IMG/VR virus record: IMGVR_UViG_3300035670_010691
Coordinates: 44,915 to 108,914 of that record
Direction: 5' to 3' (one strand)
DNA: 64,000 nucleotides
From: a virus
Shown: one piece after another, positions 32,273-39,600 of the stretch
Layout of the letters: every line of letters starts with the position of its first letter
Numbering within the stretch: position 1 is the first letter of the stretch
The notes under the pieces: model-generated
Told to the model about the DNA's origin: nothing
Database searches by the model: none
The model's input: the letters and a program-made list of their open reading frames with translations, nothing else
Program-made: the position numbers and the translations under genes

Positions 32273-32900
32273 AAATTTAGAACATTATCCAAACCGATGG
32301 GAAGGTTCATCTCTCACCATAGATGATTTAATAAAATTTGAAGACGATGTAGTCCAAAAATGGGAAAGTGGAAAGATACGAGGTCCAGTTCACTTATCAA
32401 ATGGAAACGAAGAACAACTTATCCAAATCTTTAAAAAAATCGGTATAAACGATTGGGTATTTTCTACTTGGAGGTCTCATTATCACGCTCTCCTTCATGG
32501 TATTGATAAGAGAGAATTGATGGATATGATAACCGAGGGTAGATCAATCACAATAGTGGATAAAAAATCAAAGTTTTATTCATCAGCTATTGTCACGGGA
32601 ACTCTTCCAATAGCACTTGGAGTTGCACAATCAATCAAATTAAGTGGTGATGATGAAAAGGTATGGGTATTTGTTGGTGATATGGCGTTTGAAAGTGGTA
32701 TATTTTACGAAGTTCACAAATACGCAAGAAACTATGATTTACCAATTCACTTTATAGTAGAAGATAACGGTGTCTCTACTAACACCCCAACGTTAGAAAC
32801 TTGGAATGGAATACAAAGAGAAATACCCGAAGATGTAATCTATTACAAATATAAATCAAAATATCCACACTATGGGACGGGAAAATGGGTAGTATTTTAA
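32262..32900 (+). CDS. TPP-dependent enzyme, E1-alpha-like subunit
   Basis: GPVHLS, WRSHYH, GDMAFESG...EDN (TPP-binding motif). Confidence 0.85.
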   Translation: MEIKNLEHYPNRWEGSSLTIDDLIKFEDDVVQKWESGKIRGPVHLSNGNEEQLIQIFKKIGINDWVFSTWRSHYHALLHGIDKRELMDMITEGRSITIVDKKSKFYSSAIVTGTLPIALGVAQSIKLSGDDEKVWVFVGDMAFESGIFYEVHKYARNYDLPIHFIVEDNGVSTNTPTLETWNGIQREIPEDVIYYKYKSKYPHYGTGKWVVF

Positions 32901-33796
32901 CACACAATATTAATAATATAGAATTTAAAACCTGCGGTGCAATGATATTTGCAGGTTGTTCTTTTACTTGGGGGCAGGGACTTTGGAGTTATTATCCAAC
33001 AAAATGGTATGTTCCAAAATGTTGGGAATATACAGCTGAAGGTGCCCCCATTCCACCAGCAGCTGAAGAATTCAAAGAAGATAATAGATATCCAGGATTG
33101 GTATCAAAAGAGTTTCATGCAAAACAAATAGTTAAAAAAACAAATGGTGGAACTGATGATGAATCGTTGAGATTTATAGAACAAGTTAGGACTAATGTAG
33201 TTGATAAACATAATATGTTAGTGACAAACACCGATTGGGAGGAAATTCATACTATTATAATTCAAACAACAGATAGTTACAGAAGTCCTTTTTTATTTGA
33301 ATATAAAAATCAAAAATATGAAATTTATTCAAGTCCTGGATATCAATTTTTAACCAGCTTAGTAAAAGTAAAATTTGAAGATAATGTATTGATTCATGAA
33401 GAACAACCAAACTTTGATATTTTTATTGATTGGTTAATTGATAATAATTTAACTGTTGATGATTTTCAACGAATTCATGTAAAAAAAATGATGGATAGGA
33501 TAGAAGAAGCGTTTAAAAATTTAGAAAAAGAAGGAAAAAAAGTTTTACTATTATCATGGACTAATTGTTATTTGGAAGAGATTAAAAAAAGAAATTACTT
33601 TGATGATAAATTTGTAAAATTAAATTATCTTGATCAGGAGTTTGATTCTATTCATGATTTAATGCAAAAATACAAATATTTTATAATTGATTATGATGAT
33701 GAGGTAATACACGATAGTGGTGGTGATGCTCATCCATCATTATTTTGTCATCAAATTATAGCAAATTCAATAATTTCTAAAATAAAATACGGATGA
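32885..33796 (+). CDS. SGNH-like protein (tandem paralog A)
   Basis: GCSFTWGQGLWSY; GGDAHPSLFCH. Confidence 0.6.
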   Translation: MGSILTHNINNIEFKTCGAMIFAGCSFTWGQGLWSYYPTKWYVPKCWEYTAEGAPIPPAAEEFKEDNRYPGLVSKEFHAKQIVKKTNGGTDDESLRFIEQVRTNVVDKHNMLVTNTDWEEIHTIIIQTTDSYRSPFLFEYKNQKYEIYSSPGYQFLTSLVKVKFEDNVLIHEEQPNFDIFIDWLIDNNLTVDDFQRIHVKKMMDRIEEAFKNLEKEGKKVLLLSWTNCYLEEIKKRNYFDDKFVKLNYLDQEFDSIHDLMQKYKYFIIDYDDEVIHDSGGDAHPSLFCHQIIANSIISKIKYG

Positions 33797-34692
33797 GTAA
33801 TTACATTTTATTTGGAGGTTGTTCATTTACATGGGGACAGGGGTTATGGTCATATACACCAAAATATCTTTGTCATCCTGATTTACATATTCCAACTGTT
33901 GATGAATACATCGAAAAAGAATTTGCGATACCCAAACCCGCTTTTGAATTTAAAAATCATAATAGATTTGCTAAATTAGTAAGTGGTCATTTTAATTCAG
34001 TTCCAATAGTAAAAAGAAGAAATGGTGGTTCTGATGAGGAAACGATAAGATTTTTGTATGAAGCTAAACAAAATTATGTAACAGACGAAAGTCTTCTTGA
34101 AAGAAATTTAGAATTTGAACGAGTAAAATTAATTGTATTTCAAACTACTCAAATATTTAGAAGTCCATTTACCTTTTTTTATAAAAATGAAGAATATCAA
34201 ATTAAATCAAATCCCGAAGAAAGAAATTTTAATCTAATTTTAAAAATTAATAGAAAATCATATAATCTAAATGAATATACAGAAGAAAAGATAGAAAAAT
34301 TTGATGTATTTTATAATTGGTTATACGATAATAATTTAAACATAGATGATTTTGAAAAAATTCATATTTCTCACATTGTTGATATAATAGAAAAATGTTT
34401 ATTAGATTTTCAAAATATGGGAATACCATCAATTATATTACCTTGGACAACAGAACATCTTACAGAAATGAATAAACGAAACTTTTTTCAAAATAAGATT
34501 ATAAAATTAAATTATAAAAATGTTGAATATTCTTCAATTAAACAAATGATGGATGAAAACCATGAATTAATTATAAGATTTGATAAAAAAGTAATTCACC
34601 CTTCAGGAGGTGATGACCACCCTTCTTTGGAATGTCATAAAATATTAGCACAAAATATAATAACTTTTGTAGAGAAAAATAAAATATTATGA
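33793..34692 (+). CDS. SGNH-like protein (tandem paralog B)
   Basis: GCSFTWGQGLWSY; GGDDHPSLECH. Confidence 0.6.
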   Translation: MSNYILFGGCSFTWGQGLWSYTPKYLCHPDLHIPTVDEYIEKEFAIPKPAFEFKNHNRFAKLVSGHFNSVPIVKRRNGGSDEETIRFLYEAKQNYVTDESLLERNLEFERVKLIVFQTTQIFRSPFTFFYKNEEYQIKSNPEERNFNLILKINRKSYNLNEYTEEKIEKFDVFYNWLYDNNLNIDDFEKIHISHIVDIIEKCLLDFQNMGIPSIILPWTTEHLTEMNKRNFFQNKIIKLNYKNVEYSSIKQMMDENHELIIRFDKKVIHPSGGDDHPSLECHKILAQNIITFVEKNKIL

Positions 34693-35918
34693 AAAAATTA
34701 TTGTATATTGAATTTTCTCACAATTCTTTATTTATCATACATTTTTTTAAACATTATTTTGAAGAAATAAATAATGATGTGGAAACTTGGCATCCATTAA
34801 AACCTGCCGATCGTTCACAAATTCAAAAAATGACATTTTCATTTTATTTTGAAGGGGATGAGGTTGATATATGGGTAAAGGATTTATCTTATTTAAAATC
34901 AAATTATTCATTTATTTCAAAAAACTATGATAAAGTAATTTTAATTTCACAACGTTTTTTTCTTGACAAAAATATTAAATTTTTTGAACATTTTTCAATT
35001 CCAAAATCTGTTAAAAAAGTTTATTTAAATATTGAAGAATCTTTTCAAATAAAATACGACCAAAAAGAATTTGATGAACATTCTGTAAAATTTATTTCCA
35101 ATTCTTTAAATAAAGAAAATATTAATTACATTTCTAATGATGATTCAAAGGATTTTAGTTATGAGGTATTTAAAGAAAAAATATTATTAATACCATTTTT
35201 GTCGTTTTATCATTTTTGGTATTTTCATGCTTTGTCATTTTTTGATTTTAGTTGTATTCAAAACAAAAAGGAAAATTTATTTGGAGTATATTACACAGAG
35301 GGATACAAATCACAACGAGATGATATTTTTTCACATATAAAAACTAATATTGATAAAAATAATTTGTTAAATAATTTTAAAATATATCACTCAACTATAC
35401 CATCTAATATCGTTGATAAAATGTATTCATACCATTTTAATGTTTGGGAACGAAATCATATCACTGGTTTTTCCGATTATCAAAGAAGTATTGTAAATTT
35501 TGTATTTGAAAGTGAAATATTATCAAATATTGATAATATATTTTTTACCGAAAAAGTATTAAAGGCGTTATTATTTTCAAATCAAAATATAATTTTTATA
35601 CCTGTAATGTCAATAGGCAACTACATAAAATTAAAAGAAATGGGTTATTGGTTTTTAAATTTTGACTTTTTCGATTTTGAAAATGTTGATAAAGATAATG
35701 TTGATAATAACCTTAAAATAATGATAAATTCAGTCACCAAGTCAATTGATTACATTTCTAATTTATATAAAGAACATGGTGAAAATTTGGAAAATTTAAA
35801 TAATTACTTAAAAGAAGTTTATGGTGAAAAAATGAAAAGAAATTATGAACTAATTATTAATGAATTTAAAAATTCAATAGAAACTGAAAAGATAGTAAAT
35901 TTTATATTAAAAGACTAA
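34689..35918 (+). CDS. GT10-like (FTEK) putative glycosyltransferase, divergent
   Basis: NFVFES...FFTEKVLK...LKEMGY. Confidence 0.4.
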   Translation: MKKLLYIEFSHNSLFIIHFFKHYFEEINNDVETWHPLKPADRSQIQKMTFSFYFEGDEVDIWVKDLSYLKSNYSFISKNYDKVILISQRFFLDKNIKFFEHFSIPKSVKKVYLNIEESFQIKYDQKEFDEHSVKFISNSLNKENINYISNDDSKDFSYEVFKEKILLIPFLSFYHFWYFHALSFFDFSCIQNKKENLFGVYYTEGYKSQRDDIFSHIKTNIDKNNLLNNFKIYHSTIPSNIVDKMYSYHFNVWERNHITGFSDYQRSIVNFVFESEILSNIDNIFFTEKVLKALLFSNQNIIFIPVMSIGNYIKLKEMGYWFLNFDFFDFENVDKDNVDNNLKIMINSVTKSIDYISNLYKEHGENLENLNNYLKEVYGEKMKRNYELIINEFKNSIETEKIVNFILKD

Positions 35919-35920
35919 AT

Positions 35921-36466
35921 ATGACAAAACCAGAATTCACACCTTATGTAGATGCACTAACTCACTCCATGAAACTTTGTATGGATGATCCAACCACGGT
36001 ATTCATCGGACAACAAATTCGGTGGTATGGAAATCCTATGTCTAAAACTATAGAAGGTCTTCCAAAAGAAAGAATGATAGAAACACCGGTAATGGAAGAA
36101 ACACAGATGGGAATGTCTATGGGTTTGGCCATGAGAGGACATACCGTAGTAACTTTTTATCCTCGTTGGGATTTTCTCATTCTTGCGGCAAATCAATTAG
36201 TAAATCATCTTGACAAGTTAGATGCAATGTCTGATGGGCAATGGAAACCAAAAGTAATAATTAGAGTTGGTAAAGGTAGTGACAAACCACTTGATCCAGG
36301 TCATCAACACAAAGCTGATTATTCAGATGCATTTAATCAAATACTAAAATATATTCCTATAGTAAAATTAGATAGTTATAATAAAATAATTCCAGCATAT
36401 GAAGATGCACTTCAACGAAATGGTTCTACTATATTGGTGGAATATCCTGAGTTATATTATGTTTAA
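35921..36466 (+). CDS. TPP-dependent enzyme, E1-beta/transketolase pyrimidine-binding subunit
   Basis: ETPVMEETQMGMSMGLA, NQLVNH, GHQH. Confidence 0.85.
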   Translation: MTKPEFTPYVDALTHSMKLCMDDPTTVFIGQQIRWYGNPMSKTIEGLPKERMIETPVMEETQMGMSMGLAMRGHTVVTFYPRWDFLILAANQLVNHLDKLDAMSDGQWKPKVIIRVGKGSDKPLDPGHQHKADYSDAFNQILKYIPIVKLDSYNKIIPAYEDALQRNGSTILVEYPELYYV

Positions 36467-36482
36467 ACAATAAAAATAAATT

Positions 36483-36599
36483 ATGAATATTATACAAAAA
36501 ATAAAAGATTATTTTAAAAGAAAAAAATTACACAAAGAATACAAAAAGAAATTAGAAGAACTTCGTAAAAGAGATCCTTTCGTATATAAGAATATGTAA
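36483..36599 (+). CDS. small basic protein, 38 aa (absent from the ORF track)
   Basis: ATG...TAA fills the gap: MNIIQKIKDYFKRKKLHKEYKKKLEELRKRDPFVYKNM. Confidence 0.55.
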   Translation: MNIIQKIKDYFKRKKLHKEYKKKLEELRKRDPFVYKNM

Positions 36600-36638
36600 T
36601 TCTTTTACCTTATACTTATATAGAGTAAAAGTATATTC

Positions 36639-39600
36639 ATGAATAGTTTATCTAATTTTCTTGTTGAACAAATCCTTTTAGAAGACAAATCACCAATAAA
36701 GGATGTAGTAGTCGTTTATGTGGGTAGGTTTCAACCTATGCACAAAGGACATTATGCCGTCTATGAACACCTAACAAAAAAGTTTGGTAAAAATAATGTG
36801 TTCGTAGGAACATCCGACAAGGTTGAAAAAGATAGGTCTCCATTCTCATTCAAAGAAAAACAAGAAATTATGTATACGATGTTTGGTATTCCAAAAAATC
36901 GTATTGTAAATGTAAAAAACCCTTACGCACCCACCGAAGTTCTTAAAAAGTATAATGAGAAAACCACCGCGTTTGTCACCGTAGTTGGTGAGAAAGACAA
37001 ATCCCGTCTTGGTGGAAAATACTTTCAAAAGTGGGATGGTGAACCAACAGAAGGATATGATGTTAGGGGATATGTGTATGTCGCACCTTCTTTCGGTGGT
37101 GGTATAAGTGGAACTGAAACTCGTAATGGACTTTCACTTGGGTCAGACGAACAGAAAAAAGACTTCTTTAAAAATCGGGTATATGGAAAATATAATGAAA
37201 AGATTTTCCGTATGATTACCGACAAATTAAATGAAAGTTTCGTCATCAGAAAAGAAACCATAGAGGAATGGTTAATTAAAGAACATAATCATATCAACGG
37301 AACACTTGGGTTTTCTGACACAGGTGATATGGAAGTTGATGATGGCCCAAACTCATTCTTGCCAAACTTTGAAGTATTCAACAAAATTAATGTAGAAAGA
37401 GCAGTTAGAATTGGATACGATGTCTTACAGAAAATTACCATGGATGTGATTGAAGATTATCCAATTTATCCTGATGGGCCTGTTGATGCAGTTTCATTTT
37501 ATCCAGCAGGTGTGATTGGTAAATTAACGACAACAAACCAAGTCGATTATTATAATAATGACGCGTATGATGAGTGGTATAAACACGCAACCCGAGTTGC
37601 AGGACAAGCAGGGTATCAATTAGTTCAAACCGAATTAGAAAAAATACACGGTAAAGAAGTCGAAGACCAATCAGAAAAAGATGCAATTAACCTTAAAAAA
37701 TATATTGAAGAAAATATCAATATACCTGTAAAAGTTGGAGATACTATTTTAACAGGAAGATTTAAGAATAAAAAGGTAGTTGTAAAAAATATCGGTAAAG
37801 ATGATCATGGAATGCCCACTATAAACGGTAAAAAAGTAGTCAACTTCAGATTAGTTAAAGAAGGATTTATAGCTGAATTGGTTGGTTCAACCGTTGATTG
37901 TCAAAAATGTGACCATACTTGGGAAATTAGACCTGAAGATAAAACACCATATTTATGCCATTTGTGTGGATATGATAATCAAAAGATGGAATTTGATTAT
38001 GATGAGTGGAATAAGTGGAAAGAAAAAGAAGAAATTAATGAAGTTTCATCCAACGGTGGATATCGAGCAGACGCAGGTGAACCCGATCCAGTTTTTGTCA
38101 CAAATGGAAATATAAGAAAAATAAACTCAAACAAAGGTAGACCTGAATATTGGTTTGAAAACGGAGGGTATACACAACTTCATTTTCCAAAGGGAGATTT
38201 CCCGTTTGGTAAAGGTAAAGGAAAAGATACGGAGTCACAACAAAGAGTAGTAAAATACAAAGTTAAGAATGTAGTGAAGTCCACATTACCACCACCAAAA
38301 TCTAATGATGTAAATGTGGAAAAAATATACGAAACCATTAAAAAAGTAAATGGTAAATATGTTGTATATCCAAAAGGAGGTGGAGACAGGTTAGGAACTC
38401 ACGATACCCTTTCTGCAGCCAAAAAACAATTAGCAGCCATAGAAATTTCCAAACACAAACATGAAAGTCTTTTTGGTGGCGATGGTGGTATGAAACCTTA
38501 CGAAAAACTTCTTATGGGTGGATTGGTTAAATTCATGCAAAACACACTTGGATTTTCAGGTAAAGTAGTAGTAAAGAAAAAGTCATCAAACTCTCTATTC
38601 GGTGATTTAAGTTTAAGTGATGCTGCAATGAGAGGTAAAATCACACTTCACTACAATCCTAACTCTTCTTATGAGATAATGTTGAAGTCTCTTATACACG
38701 AACTCATACACGCTAAACAAGTTGCCAAAGGTGAACTAAAACCTTCATCTGATTACAAGTCATTAGTATGGAAGGGAAACCCTTTTATTTCGGTAAAAGA
38801 TTATAATAATTTTCAAAGAAAAGACATTAACCAATACAAAAAACTTCCTTGGGAGAAAGAAGCGTATGCTGGTATGGACAAATACTACCGTATGTTCTTA
38901 AACTCAAAAGAATTCAAAGAGTTAGTTGGTAAAGACCCTAATTTAGATTATATCTTATCAAATTTAAACGAAGTCGGTATAGGAACAGGTCAAAGTGGTC
39001 TTCGTATGGGATACCCCGATAAAGACCAATTAAAGAAGAGAATGAAGGATGTTGAAAACCAAAGAAAACAAACTGATAGTAATAAAGAGTTTCAGTATGA
39101 ACCGATAAATGAAGGTCAGTTAGAAGATTTAGGTATTACAGACTTCAAATCCCTTTTCCAAAAAATGCCTTCTGACTTACAAAAACGAGTATACAACCTC
39201 AAAAATATTGAGCAAAGAAAAGACACACACCCCGAGGGTAATGTCCTTAAACACACCATTACAGTCGTTAATCGTTCACTTAAAGATGATGATATAGACA
39301 TCGCAATTGCAGCAATGTTTCATGATATTGGTAAAGACGAAACGATGGGTATTCATCCAACAAAAGGACACATTACTCACTTCGGTCACGAAAAAGTATC
39401 TGCAAATTTAGTAAGTAAATACAAAAACTGGATACAAAGTGTTGGTGCTAATCCTGCAAATGTTTTATACATCGTCAAAAATCATATGAGATATAAAGAA
39501 CTATCTAATATGAGACCAAAAAAACAGGAAAAACTTAAATCATTTAGAGCATTTGATAAATTAGATAAGTTTTCTAAACACGATAGAGGTGGTTTAGGTG

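Noticed and set aside
1-36466. Glycan cluster read as a host O-antigen or capsule locus flanking a prophage
   Set aside because: No wzx/wzy/ABC export or initiating transferase genes, no integrase or att site, and paralogs plus the TATTTATA motif are shared with the head module
32262-36466. Pyruvate dehydrogenase auxiliary metabolic genes
   Set aside because: The subunits are much shorter than PDH E1, there is no E2 or E3 in the window, and the context is nucleotide-sugar synthesis
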